A stretch of 64,000 bases of DNA from Zootoca vivipara (GCF_963506605.1 NC_083280.1:63054001-63118000); one strand, 5' to 3'. Positions 12,757 through 26,009 are shown, counted from the first letter of the stretch. Program-made: numbers and translations. Notes: generated by a model not told the origin, from the letters alone.

Positions 12757-13551
12757 GTTGAATCCTGACAAGACAAAAGTACTGTTTGTGGGGGACAGGA
12801 GGTAGGCAGGTGTGGAGGACTCCCTGGTCCTGAATGGGGTAACTGTGCCCCTGAAAGACCAGGTGCGCAGCCTGGGAGTCATTTTGGACTCACAGCTGTC
12901 CATGGAGGTGCAGGTCAATTTTGTGTCCAGGGCAGCTGTTTATCAGCTCCATCTGGTACGCAGGCTGAGACCCTACCTGCCCGCGGACTGTCTCGCCAGA
13001 GTGGTGCATGCTCTAGTTATCTCTCGCTTGGACTACTGCAATGCGCTCTATGTGGGGCTACCTTTGAAGGTGACCCGGAAACTACAACTAATCCAGAATG
13101 CGGCAGCTAGACTGGTGACCATATAACACCGGTCTTAAAAGACCTACATTGGCTCCCAGTGCGTTTCCGAGCACAATTCAAAGTGCTGGTGCTGACCTTT
13201 AAAGCCCTAAACGGCCGAGGGCCAGTATACCTGAAGGAGCGTCTCCAGCCCCATCATTCTGCCAGGACACTGAGGTCCAGCACCGAGGGCCTTCTCGCAG
13301 CTCCCTCACTGTGACAAGCAAAGCTACAGGGAACCAGGCAGAGGGCCTTCTCGGTAGTGGCACCCGCCCTGTGTAATGCCCTCCCATCAGATGTCAAGGA
13401 GATAAACAACTACCTGACATTTAGAAAACATCTGAAGGCAGTCCTGTTTAGGGAAGTTTTTAATGTGTGACATTTTAATGTATTTTAATCTTTGTGGGAA
13501 GCCACCCAGAGTGGCTGGGGAAACCCAGCCGGATGGGTGGGGTACAAATAA

Positions 13552-13604
<53 letters not shown>
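12757..13604 (+). mobile_element. L2-clade LINE, 5'-truncated, with RT C-terminus and (ATT)n tail
   Basis: Reads LNPDKT...VRSLGVILDSQLSM...LVISRLDYCNALYVGLP...LQLIQNAAARLV...LHWLP, then a 3' stem-loop and (ATT)n at 13552-13604. Confidence 0.92.
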
Positions 13605-13606
<2 letters not shown>

Positions 13607-14741
13607 GAGGCACAGCCTGGAATTTCTTGAGTGAAAGCCCTAGATTGTAGCTGCACTTGGATGAAAGAATAGCTTTTGAACCGTATTTTTGGACTGGACA
13701 ATTTTTATTTCAAGAAGAGTCAGATTTTATTCATCCTGTTGCTTCCAAGTGCACAATATTCATAACCTCAATAGAGCTGGCATCCTTGCTGCCTCATCCA
13801 AAGTGACTGAAGCCTGCCAACCTAAACCCAATTCCAGCAGCAATGTGGGGCTCATGACAGTGTGTGATCTTGACAAGTCAACACAGCAGGGCATTCCACT
13901 TGCTTCCAGCTCAAATCTCAGTGAGTCTGATCTTTCTATAACCACCTTTCTACCACTAGACCGATAGAAACCTAGTTACATTAAATCATCACTGTGAGTG
14001 CAGGGAGGCAGCTATGCTACATTGTAGCAGTCCCTGGAATAAACTAAAGGTTTCTAATTCATCGTTTGAGTGGGGTTGGTGAACCCAACCTGCTCTACAC
14101 CCAACTCTAGTGACCTCAGAGATGAGAAATGTGCCAGGCTGAAACACTTGTGCCCTCTACTCCAAGGGCCCAGCAACGAGGCATTCACTTAAATCTCCTC
14201 ATAAGGTAACATAAACCTCTGTGTGCATAAAGAATCACACCACGCCTCTTCAGCAAAATGCCTGCAACTCACGAGCATTTCCCATCCAGCATGACAAACA
14301 CGTCACTAGTGATGGATGTCAAGAATGTTCCAAAAGGGGGAAAGGTCTTAAATTCCATGCAGCGCTCAAAGTTTGTGGGTGGGGAGAAAAGAAAAACTGA
14401 AACAGTCTCATTTCAAATGAAGCCATTCTCAGCTTATTTAATAACCATGCAAAGTATCTGATAGCAATTTTTGAGTTTGTACATTCACACTTAGAAATAG
14501 CTACAGCCCGTTAGCCATCACTACCAGCCCACCAGGGAAAGAATGTTGCCAGTAAAGAAAGTCAAACCTTTCTTGATTATGGCTTAATATTAGCCATGAT
14601 GACACCATGATATTCTCATGTATTTGGCCTATTTCCATCTTCTAGCCTTGTCAGGGCAGAGCTGCTTGCTGGCTTGTGGGAGGCAGCAGCAGAGGCCGGC
14701 CGGCATTAAAAAGGGGGCTTCATCTTCCTCTGAGGTCTAAC

Positions 14742-14880
14742 CAAGGAGTGGGGAGCCTGTGGCCCTCCAAATATTTGTTGGACTACAACTCCCATCAGCC
14801 CATGTCAGCGTGGCCAATCACCAGGAACAATCAGAATTACAGTCCAGCAACATATGGAGGGCTACAAGCTCTAAACTCAG
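14742..14880. mobile_element. Degraded URR1-like MITE
   Basis: GGCCCTCCAAATATTTGTTGGACTACAACTCCCATCA...ACAGTCCAGCAACATATGGAGGGC. Confidence 0.6.
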
Positions 14881-15505
14881 CAGAGGCTCTCCTGGATTTG
14901 AGATTGCAGTTGTTGGGAAAGATGAAGCTGCCTTTGCTAGTATCTGCCTCTCGCAGCTCCACAAACAGCTCTGGCCTGGATCAAGTGACATTTCACAGTA
15001 TTGATGTAACCGTGTTCTGTACAGCACTCCGAGATGGTTCTATATCTATTGGAAAGAAGAGGGATGCTTTTAGATTCACCTAAAAAGAAATGGGATGACA
15101 TCACACGTTTTTAAAGCATCTGACTTCCCCCAGAGAATCCTGGGAATTGCAGCTTGATGCTGGGAATAGTAGTTTTGTGAGGGGTAAACTGCAGTCCCCA
15201 GGATTCTTGGGGAGGGTGAGTCATGTGCTTTAGATAGGTGGTTGTGTACACAACCTCTACCCCACTTCAAGCACTGAACCTAGGCAAATAGCAAGAGATA
15301 CAATTATTTTTAACAATTTGGCTTTCATTTTTTATGAAATCAACATAATGTAGACCTTAACAAAATAGCATCACCTAAAATGGGATTTGTTGCATTTTTC
15401 TTTTATCTGTGGTTTTCAGGTTCACAAGTTTTCTAAACAGCCAAGGCCTAGTCATTCAGAAGCCTGAGTCTTGAAACCTAAGACAACTCACAGTTCTAGT
15501 ATGGC

Positions 15506-15646
15506 CAGGGCTTTTTTTCCAGCAGGAACTCACAGGAACTCAGTTCTGGCACCATTCAGGTGGGTGCCATCATTGCCATTCTCAGAGAACGAGGGAGGTG
15601 ATCATGGTGAGTTCCAGCACCTCTTTTTCTAGAAAAAACAGCACTG
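15506..15646. mobile_element. hAT-like MITE
   Basis: CAGGGCTTTTTTT...AAAAAACAGCACTG termini with internal GGAACTC/GAGTTCC repeats. Confidence 0.55.
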
Positions 15647-17254
15647 ATGGCAATCAGACCTTTCATGATTAAAGAGCTTTAAGAATCCACAATCAAAAGT
15701 CGCATTTTATTACCCAGGTCTAATTAATTAAATTCAACAGGAAATAATTGTGGGGCAGGCCCAAGTTTAAAATGGCACAACACCATAGTACAAAGAGGTC
15801 AAACTTGGCTTAAGACTTGGTCCACTTGAACTCATCCACTACTTTGGTTTGGAGCTGAATTATTTAGCCAAGTTTGTATTTGCCAGCTGTGTCCACACAA
15901 ACCACTCTTCTTTGTTTTGTATATCTATTGTACATTTTACCGCAGCTGCTCTTCACGTCCCACAGACCCTTGGTTCCATGAACAGGTCCATTAAACTAAT
16001 TGGCTGTTCTTCTCATAAGTGAACGTTACAGGACATACCTGCCATATTGTAACTGTGCCAAGATTTCATTCTCACGAAAGATCTTTGGAATTTCTTATTC
16101 ATTAAAATGAGGTCACACTTCACAGAAGTACACAGTGTGTTATCTATCTTTTTTAAAAAAATAAATTGGAGTCAAATGTTGGCATAATGAAATATGTACT
16201 GGAAGGATTTTTTTGACAGTCATGTTTACTAACACAGCAGTACTTCTCTAGAGCAGCTTTTCAAAAAGAAAGAAAAAAGTTCCGGATATTAATTACTTTT
16301 CAGAGCCACACTTCAAATCCTCCATCCATTAGTGCCATGGGTTGTTGTTTTTTGTTTTTTTGTTTTCTGTATATGAGAAACCTTTTAAAGTCTAGTGTTG
16401 CCATGGAATATTTAAATAGGGATTGTTATTAACATTGGGGATAATTTGATGGGCAGGATCCCTCAAGTCTTTGAATTCCCACTGTGAAACTGTAGGAAAC
16501 AAGCCTCTCTAAGCATTAAGAAAATATGCAGCTAACAAGAAAGTACTTATCCAGTCCCAACCCAATGGGCTCAAATGCCCATAATTTTACAGTGACACTT
16601 TAGAAATCACTTTGTAACCTCGTATTTTGGATAAAGTAATGGCTTTGCTCCGAATAAGAATATTAAAGGACAAAATGTGCCACTTACCACCCCAGTAATT
16701 TTCACTGCAGCTACTCATTCTGCCTACATCTAAGTGCCGACACCATTATTGGACTTCAGCTTGCTGACATCTGGCCCCATTGCTCAAACCACTTAGCACC
16801 AAAAAGTAATCATATACTTGTGCAAGAGCTTTTGGCATCATGTTAAACACCACCTTTACTCAAGCCCACAATCCTTTATTTAAATCAAAGCAATAGCATT
16901 TGTTTAGCAAGAACCAATGTAATTATACATCAGTATTCATAGAGAAAAGACACCCGTAAATTAGTAACCATACCACAAGCTTCTGTTGATCTGTGCATAG
17001 AACATGTATTTGGTTGAGTTGGGGTTCAGCTGAATGTGGAGAAAGACTACGGCCTGATACTTCCAGTCTGGGCCTGCCCAGTAATGTTTGGTGTATGGAG
17101 TGATGTAAAAGAAAAACCAAAGCAAATGGCAATGGTGTCCTGCAACAGTGGATATTGACCCTGTGACAGATGTGAAGCTCAAGGGACAGCGGCAGAGCAT
17201 TCTGAATTTGTATTGTTTGTGGAACCAGCCTGCTAGTTTTGTACGTTGTGCCTT

Positions 17255-18320
17255 GAGCTATTCAGCAGTGGAACAGACTTCCACAAGGGATGGTGGGCAG
17301 TCCTTCTTTGGAGGTTTTTAAGCAGAGGTTGGATGGCCACCTGTGATGTATGATCTAGTTGAGATTCCTGCATTGCGGGGGGTTGGACAAGATGGCTCTC
17401 AGGGTCCCTTCCTCTTTTTTTTTTTTGATGTTGCAAAACCTTTATTATATCGTTCAAAAATAAAATACAAAGAAAAAAACAAAAATTGCTTCCATTTACA
17501 TCACTTTGCGACAAACTACACAAACTTATTTAACAAACCAAAAATAAATCAATACCAATTTCAGATGAATATTTAAACCAAAGACTCATACAAATAAAAA
17601 ACATAAAGAATAATACAGACAGATTATAAAATGTGACGTCCCTTTTCTCTCTCTCAATTGCACAGAAAGCATAGGCCTACTGTGACTTCCTACCAAACCC
17701 AGAGGTATATTCCAGTCATTCCTATGAGCATGTTTCAACTCAGTCCACTATATCTTTAAATTTTTCCATATACTCTTACTTAACTATATCTTCATTGGAA
17801 TTTAGACTTGTTTGAAACCGTACTCAAAATTATTCGAATGCTGGTGTGACTAGCCAATTCCTGCTATATTTTTGTACATATACTTTATATCTTGTCCATT
17901 TTTCTTGAAATTTGTGTTTCGATTCTCCTCTCAGACTGTTGGTCAATTGGGCCATTTCAACATATTCCTGATGCTTGCTTTGCTACTCAATTATTGTTGG
18001 GGGTTCTACTTCTTTCCATTTTTTAGCTATTAGAGTACGTGCTGCAGCCGTTTCGTAGAGAAAGATCTCTTTTAAATTTTTTGGAATATCTTTATTAAAG
18101 ATGTTCAATAAAAAGGCTTTTTATGAAGGGTGACTCCTAACAGTTTTTTAAACTCATCATAAATCCAAAATTCTTAACCTTCTTACACAGCCACCACATA
18201 TGATATAGGTCACCATTATTTTCCCCGCATCTCCAACATATGTTTGCTCTATTTTTATACATTTTTGATAATCTCAAGCTCTCAGGGTCCCTTCCAACTC
18301 TACAATTCTACGATTCTATT
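17255..18320 (+). mobile_element. CR1 LINE 3' end, split by an L1 insertion
   Basis: CAGTGGAACAGACTTCC...GAGGTTTTTAAGCAGAGGTTGGATGGCCACCTG...GGTCCCTTCCAACTCTACAATTCTACGATTCTA, ending in the CR1 (ATTCTRYG)n tail. Confidence 0.85.
17413..18277 (-). mobile_element. L1 LINE, 5'-truncated (ORF2 zinc knuckle plus 3' UTR and poly-A)
   Basis: The minus strand encodes CWRCGENNGDLYHMWWLCKKVK (CCHC). AATAAA at 17441-17446 is followed by poly-A. 18-bp TSD GCTCTCAGGGTCCCTTCC at 17395-17412 and 18278-18295. Confidence 0.9.
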
Positions 18321-19028
18321 CTTCTAATTACAAGACATTGTATGCATAGCCCTGATTCTGAGCCAAGGCTCCTTCCCTCATCTTAAAGCACATGTAAAAT
18401 GTCCCAGACCGTTGCAAGGCATTCTCAGCATTTTCAGTAGTTTTTGTTCAGGTAACATTTGGTGCTGCTGGTAACATTATGGCGGTTGGTCACCTTGAAT
18501 AATTCAAGCTTCCAGAAGAGAATTGTGCAGCAAGTTGCAGCATCCATGAGACCAGACCCCCAAAATCTCTACGCCACCTTAAATGCTATAGAAATCAAAT
18601 GCACAATATTCAGTTAAGGTAACAGACCTGTGTGCATGTCTGTTCTTATGTAAGCCCCATTGCATTCAGTGGGACTTAATCCCAGGTAAAGGAGTGCAAT
18701 CTTAGTCTGCATTTCACCTCCCTGATTCAGTTGTGTCAATATTACCTGTGTACAATACATTTTCTTCAACACTGCTTCTTTTGTAACATGAAGAATACAA
18801 TCTTGATTGGCAAATGTGACAGTTTATGTGCAGATGCACTAAATTAATCCTCTTTCTTTTAACTATTCAGAGGATAATGACATCTACACCTGACTATCTA
18901 TGTATATTTAATATGTGACTTCCTAAATAATAAAGGCAGGCTTTTCATGTAAATGCGCCTCTACAATATGGGAGGTTTTTAATAATAATAAATGCTGTGA
19001 ATTCGTAATAGAGCATTAACAAGTCACT

Positions 19029-19232
<204 letters not shown>

Positions 19233-20074
19233 CTATAAAATGTCTACTCAGAAGTAAATCCCATCATATTCAGTGCAGTGATTCCCAAGGAATTGGGTAG
19301 AGAATCACAGAGATATTGCTAATCTTGATCTCATCAGAAAGAACCAGAAAATTCATCATCGTGTTCTTAATGAAGGGCCATCCTTTTCTGGACCGACAAA
19401 TGAACTAACTTTTCATAGAGTGTGCAGAAACGCAAAAATACAGAGGCTTCACTTTTCTTTATGCTTGTAATGATATTTTTGTAACTCAGGATCAATTATT
19501 TGTGCAGACGCTTTAGTGTCTGCCAGAACTCTCTCCCTATCTCAACTGAGCAATTATTTCAATGAATATAAATATGACATTTATGGTTGCTAACATGACC
19601 ATTAACTACACTTAATACAAAATGGCTGTTTTGCAAATGACTTCTGTCTATGAATTGCAATGCTGTATTTCTCATTCTGGTTTCAATTATCAATAAGACA
19701 TGTGAAGCGTGAAGTGAACGATCTTCGTTAACATTTTAATCAATGAATCTTTGTTAGTGCAGCAGGATCAGATTTCAAAACCACCTTTTAACTCATAACT
19801 TGTTTGGGCTTTGTTCTATTAATATTGCAAATGTAGCTTTTCCAAAATGATTTGACATACAAGAGAAATCTTAAATTAACAAATTATCTTCGCTGAACAC
19901 TTTTCCCAAAGTGCCCTTCATTAACTAGGTTGTGAATGAATGGCATACTTGGCTGGGAAGGTGAACTATAAATATATTCAATTAAATACATTTATAACCC
20001 AGAGTTGTCAGATTTCTACTTTTTGTTCCCACTGGTACTGATCTTGCTATTCTACCAGAACCATCCCCCCCCAA

Positions 20075-20460
20075 AAAAATTTTTATTTGCTTTTCTGTTA
20101 TATCTCACCATCAACATATACTCTGTTACATTCATGCACAAACCGAAAAGAAGAACAATAACATAAATATAAAACATAAACATGTAATAATAATAGTAAC
20201 ATATATATATATTCCTCCAAGCTGTTTAAATCCTATATATCTTTACTTTTACTTCCCTTCCACTCTTTCCTTGGTTTCCTGTCTACTATCATTTTAACTG
20301 TGTTTTCTTGTTCTTCTACATTATTCTCATTAGCTTTACATTATCTCATGTTGTAGCATATACTGCTGAGTATTTGTTCCTCCAGTTATGATAGTTTTCT
20401 TGTTAGTATAATATTTTTCCATATAATCTATATATAATATCCAGTGCTTTTTCGACCAGG
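20075..20460 (-). mobile_element. Degraded AT-rich L1-like 3' fragment
   Basis: Composition and the TTTATT/T-run left end resemble the L1 3' ends at 17413 and 44656; no clear ORF. Confidence 0.4.
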
Positions 20461-21214
20461 AGCTTTAAATCACTTCTAAATTGAGACATAAGGCAGCCAG
20501 AAATTCTCCTACCCATACCTATTGCCTACACCAACCATAATAAATTGGGACAGTTGCATTACATAGGATCGAGGAGGAGAACAGAATGCAGGGTTAAGAA
20601 TGCGCCCAAGTCTCCCAATGAAGTAGACGTTTTAAAGGGAAAAGGTGTCTCTCCAACATGCAACCTGGGAGCCCCGAAGCAAAGGATGACCTGATAACAC
20701 GCTTCACGTGTTTGACGTCTCGTGAAATGCGCATCAACATTTAGGCATGGCTTACACGACCTTGTGCTGTGATTTCACTCTGAGATATAAAATGTTTTGA
20801 TGGATGTTCCGTTCTTCTGCATCTCTAAACAAGTCTTTGAGCTTCTTGTAAATGGCTCCTAGAAGGTACTCAATAAAATTAAATTGCCCTGAACAACCTG
20901 GCTCTGTAAGTTAAACGTTAAGTGCTGTGCATAGCTTTAAGAAAGATTGAAATTAGAAAATGCGCACATTCAGTCCAATCTCTCGCCCCCTCTCTGTCAC
21001 TCGCCTGTTGTCCCAACTGCCTCCGCCTTGTCTCCAGCTGCTTTTCTCACCCAAGCCCTCCTCACTCGCAAGTTTAAGTTGTGCCACTTTGAATACAGAA
21101 AGTGATAAGAAAGTGGCAGCAGAAACTGGGATCTCAATGGGAGTGTGAAAGGTGACAGCTGGAGCAGAGCACGGGGATCCTTCCTAGCACTAATGTCACA
21201 AATCTGAACCCAAA

Positions 21215-21302
21215 TATTGCCCTTTGTGCACAGCCTTATTGAAAGGGAAATCATAGAATTCTACGATTTCCTTTTCAATAGGGCTCTGCACAAAGGGCAA
21301 TA
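21215..21302. repeat. 88-bp loopless palindrome (44-bp arms, 4 mismatches)
   Basis: TATTGCCCTTTGTGCACAGCCTTATTGAAAGGGAAATCATAGAA|TTCTACGATTTCCTTTTCAATAGGGCTCTGCACAAAGGGCAATA. Confidence 0.95.
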
Positions 21303-21632
21303 ATGAAACCATTTCTTCCTGGAAGCACTTCGAGATTCATGCAGGTGGGTCAATCACAATAAAGATGAAGGAACAAAGTGGTTTCATCTGCCTATTGTGC
21401 TCTGAAGGCTGGGTCTTGCAAAAGTCAATAGCCATGAGTAGTTCAGATCACAATGGGAAAAGGTATTCTGTTTGCAGAAGGCACAAAGACACTTTACGCA
21501 CAAAGGAACTTCACCCTTGGATTTGCCTTCTTGGAAGAAAATCATCCAAGAAGAGATATGCAAGAGCACAGTGAGAAAAGGAAGGTCCCTCCTTCATACA
21601 GTTGAGTTTGGTCTTCATCTCCCATTACCACT

Positions 21633-21705
21633 AGGAAAAGAAAGGAGAATGTTAGCCGCTTTGAGACTCCTTCGGGTAGTGATAAAGTGGGATATCAAAT
21701 CCAAA
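21633..21705 (+). mobile_element. 3' fragment of the SINE family at 21856-22095
   Basis: AGGAGAATGTTAGCCGCTTTGAGACTCCTTCGGGTAGTGATAAAG...GATATCAA is nearly identical to 22021-22077. Confidence 0.7.
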
Positions 21706-21855
21706 CTAGCTTGCCTCCCTAAGAGCAAGATAGCAGTGACAGTAGAGGCAATTCTAGAAGAGGAAGGATAATTCTCTTGCCCCAATCACAGCCAATTCTG
21801 TTAAAAGGAGAGGCCAAGGACTCTTTCTCTGTGGAGCACACAAAGAAGCATTACT

Positions 21856-22095
21856 TGGTGTAGTGGTTAAGAGTGGTGGACTCGTAATCTGGTGAACCGG
21901 GTTCGCTTCCCCGCTCCTCCACATGCAGCTGCTGGGTGACCTTGGGCTAGTCACACTTCTCTGAAGTGTCTCAGCCTCACTCACCTCACAGAGTGTTTGT
22001 TGTGGGAGGGAGGAAGGGAAAGGAGAATGTTAGCCACTTTGAGACTCCTTAGGGTAGTGATAAAGCGGGATATCAAGTTCAAACACTTCTTCTTC
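21856..22095 (+). mobile_element. tRNA-derived SINE (probably Squam2-type)
   Basis: TGGTGTAGTGGTTAAG A box, GGTTCGCTTCC B box, GCTGGGTGACCTTGGGCTAGTCAC core and (TCT)n tail. Confidence 0.8.
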
Positions 22096-22437
22096 TACCT
22101 CGCAGGCCTAGGAAAAAGCCAGGTGACCTTGGTTCTGACCTCATCTTCCTCTTCCTATCATCTCATCGTAACAATGAGTACTTGCTATGGCTGTGCAGCA
22201 GTTTGGGCCAAATCCCAGATCCTGATCCATTTTTTTTAAAAAAAATATTCATACTCATTGTCTTTATTACATATCACAACATAAACATTTTTCTCACGCT
22301 CCTCAGGCAAAAAAAAAAAAAGGCTTATAAATGTTAAGATAAGACTCCCCCACTCTCTGGCTTAAAATATTAAAGGAGGTTGGGAGAGGAGGAACAAAGA
22401 AAACTCAGGCACTATTTCTTAGTTGCTGAGTTCTTGT

Positions 22438-22527
22438 CATAGCTGCCAAGTTATCCCTTTTTTTAAGGGATTTTCCCTTATGCTGAATAGGCTTCCTCAC
22501 GAGAAAAGGGAAAACTTGGCAGCTATG
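22438..22527 (+). mobile_element. 90-bp hAT MITE (CATAGCTGCC family)
   Basis: 24-bp TIR and exact 8-bp TSD GTTCTTGT. Confidence 0.92.
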
Positions 22528-24192
22528 GTTCTTGTCATGACCAGCTGGAATGGAAAGATTTCCATGGAGATGAGGAGCCAAACGTTGCTGGCCTTTAAGC
22601 AGAGCTGAGGGAGAGGTCCTGCAGTTTCTCCCTCTCCTAGAGCCCATATATTCTTGTAACCATCTCAGAGGACACAGCATGGGGATAAGAGAGCAAGCTA
22701 CAGACTGGGAAGTCCCTGGTTTGACTCTTGCCTTTGCTAGGAACTTGCTGTTCTCGTTAGGGAAGAACATTAATTTGTACCCCAATTTTATGTAACAAGT
22801 GCCCCCCCCCAAACGCCTTGCAGAACACAAAGCAAAACCAGCAAGTCGAGTGATTTGTGCACAAGAAAATCCCGGTCCAAATTGAGGTGGTTTTGGTTGA
22901 GCTTGCATTAGGCTGGAGCAGGCTGAGGCGGCCCTGGATCACCCTGGATCAGATCAGGAACAGCCGGAGCAATCCAGGGATGCCAAAGTGAGGGCTATGT
23001 CTGGGAGCAAGAGGTAGGGGGGAGATGCATGCAGGCACCCTCAACCACATGTTTAACCAGGGTTTTCAAGCCTAACTAAAGACTGTTCCCAGCCCCTGAT
23101 TTGGTTCGGAGCTTGGATCCAGCTTGGTTCCAGCTTGGCCCCAAATTGCCATGGCCTCTTCAAAGTGTGTGATCAGGTCCTAAACTGAATTAGGGGAGCA
23201 TACTTTCAAGAATATGATCAAACCCACAAAAAAATGTTGCTGTTGCTTCCAACAATGATATGTGGCTGAAATCACATGAATGGATAAATTCACTCAAAAT
23301 TCATAGTAGTCCATGTCAAATATGCCATCCTAAGGCAGGCACCAGAGAATGTTTTGCACTTGTAAGGAGATAGATGTAACAGAGCTCAAAAGGTTCTATA
23401 AAGTCAAGAGCCCACTTATATTTATGGAATGTATCAGTGCACTTATGCAGCCAATCCCAGAAAAATCGCCACAGTTCATAGAGGTTTTTCTTGACAGACC
23501 AACAGTTATTACATGAAATACATGTAACTGAAAGCCTTTTTTTTTGTTATCCCCAAAAGCCTGTGGAACAAGGAAGAAAACACTCTTTTTCAGGGTTCAA
23601 CTTGGGTCCTTTTTCATTTATTGTACTTCAAGTAGACCCTACTCTGAGCTTACATGTACTGCTGGCAGCTAAGATGGGCAGAATCAGAAAAGGATGGGGA
23701 CAGAAAAAGAACTTTCAACTAAATTAACCAAAAGACAGATGAAAAGTTTCACACAGAGCAGTCAAACTGCCCTCTTGTCCATTTCAATATAAAATATTTT
23801 TCTTTTGAAATTCTGTATGCTATTGGGTGCGGCAGATTCATATTTTGCCACCTAAAGCTGCACATATTTCTCAAGCCACAAACCACTGTGCATTTGTCTT
23901 AAAGTCAATATTCGGACTGCACATTTCTCAAGTTACTAATGCCATTTTCACAATCAGTTCATTGCTGGAAATTGCTAGGATGGATTTTCTATCTGAGACA
24001 AGAACTTCAGTTTTATGTAGATGAAGTGCCCCATAATGAGAGACTTTTTTTTTTACTCCTAGCGCCATGAAAATTGGCGGCATGTATTGCAGCATTAACA
24101 CCAATCCATCTGCATATTCTGATGCTGTCCATCCAAGCTTCTGATTCATTCATATCACATCATTCCGGTCACATCATATCACATCATCACAT

Positions 24193-24228
24193 CATAAATT
24201 AGGAAGTGTGGACACTTCCTAATTTATG
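24193..24228. repeat. Perfect 17-bp inverted repeat with a 2-nt spacer
   Basis: CATAAATTAGGAAGTGT-GG-ACACTTCCTAATTTATG, preceded by an (ACATC)n-like tract at 24150-24192. Confidence 0.95.
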
Positions 24229-25138
24229 TGGGGAAATGCAAAAAGCCATTGACATCTGCATTTTCACAAAACAGGGGAACCACATGTACAATGTCATATC
24301 AGAACAAGGCTTAAGTCACCAGTCAGATGCAATAAACTCAATGCTTGTTAATTAGCTCTCAAAATGGTTTGGATCCAGAGAGCCAATAAGGCAGGCATCC
24401 AAGGTTGGAGGAAATGAGCCCAGGAAAACAGAATAATCACCTGGGCTATGAAACCAAGCAGAGCAGTGCAGGCTTGAAATTCTGAAGCACACAAAAAAGG
24501 ACACAGGGTGAAGAGGAGGAGAAAACAGGATGCTGGACTAGATGGACTTTTGGTCAGATCCAGCATGGTTTATCTGACACAACTGGCATCAGCCTCCACT
24601 CAAGCTTCTTTCACGCTCGTTTTTTTAGGGTACCAAGGAATCAAGGATCAACCAACCATCTCCAGGTAAGTCATTCCTACAGGAAGTGTATTGATTTCAG
24701 TACATTAACTTACAATGGCTATCATCCTTAGCATTCATTGTTGAACAACATCTGGGTACAATCCAATGGAGGTGCAATCCAGTCTGGAAAGATGTATTTA
24801 CCTAGTGTCTCAGTTCCTAGAAGCTAAAATTCCACTGAGTGTAGCTTATGGGCCTCGGGGAAAAGTCAGTCTCACAGCAGTGATTGATATAAATGCAAAG
24901 GCATATATTCTTACTCATTAGGAATCTGCACAGTCCTTTTGACTTTTAAACTAAGAAATAAATAAAAGTATAGTCTACCTTTTGGAGAATTTCCCACAAG
25001 TGAACAATAATATTTAAAACATTCCAATAAAACAGAAATTATTTCTTCCATGGAAAATGTTAGACAATTCTATCACCCCTTACTAGACCCATATATATGT
25101 GGATCATAATTTCACTTTCGACAGACTTATTAATGATA

Positions 25139-25555
25139 CAGTGGTACCTCGGTTTATGAACACAATTGGTTCTGGAAGTCTGTTCATAAACTGAAGCGTT
25201 CATAAACTGAAGCGAACTTTCCCATTGAAAGTAATGGAAAGTGAATTAATCCGTTCCAGACGGTCCGCGGAGTAAGCGTTCATAAACTGAAGCAAACTTT
25301 CCCATTGAAAGTAATGGAAAGTGGATTAATCCGTTCCAGACGGGTCCACGGAGTACTTAAACTGAAGCGTTCATAAACTGAAGCATGGGTGTAATTGGTT
25401 CCGGAAGTCTGTTCATAAACTGAAGCGTTCATAAACTGAAGCAAACTTTCCCATTGAAAGTAATGGAAAATGAATTAATCCGTTCCAGATGGGTCCGTGG
25501 CGTTCATAAACCGAAAATTCATAAACCAAGGTGTTCATAAACCGAGGTTCCACTG
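25139..25555. mobile_element. Tigger/pogo-like MITE, GTTCATAAAC variant, with internal tandem units
   Basis: TA|CAGTGGTACCTCGG...CCGAGGTTCCACTG|TA; eight exact GTTCATAAAC; three copies of an approximately 65-bp unit. Confidence 0.9.
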
Positions 25556-26009
25556 TAGTGTGCAAATTATAAGAAATATATATGTTATACTTTAATTACT
25601 ATTTTAATGAGTCAGAGTTAATGGGGGAAGTGTAAGAGAATGAAGATAGGAACATGAACCAACCAATGTCACATGCAATTATCTCTTCAATAGGTTGCAG
25701 TCAAACTTTGAAACCCACTGAAATTAAACATGTTCAATGTTGGCTGATCATATTCCTAATCTTTTCTTCTGAAAGAATGTCTTGAATGTGAAATGTAATC
25801 AATGAATAAATTCTCAGGCTCAGAGAATACTCACCTTCACAATATATACATGCAGATGTTCTTGTGATTCAGGTATATATAGCCTTAAAATATAAATGCC
25901 AAGTAAATACTGAGCCTGAAACAATGGTGTCTTTAAGTGAAGTTCTGAGCAATGCCAGATGAGGAAAAGAGTACACACTATTTCATGGATTTAACTTTAC
26001 ACAACCTTA

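Noticed and set aside
21856-21925. tRNA-like sequence read as a tRNA gene (also the SINE heads at 4500-4569 and 8289-8355)
   Set aside because: Each is followed by a SINE body and tail and lacks a complete cloverleaf.
25139-25555. Regularly repeated units resembling a CRISPR array or satellite
   Set aside because: Eukaryotic DNA with no unique spacers; the units are bounded by TIRs and a TA TSD, so this is a MITE interior.
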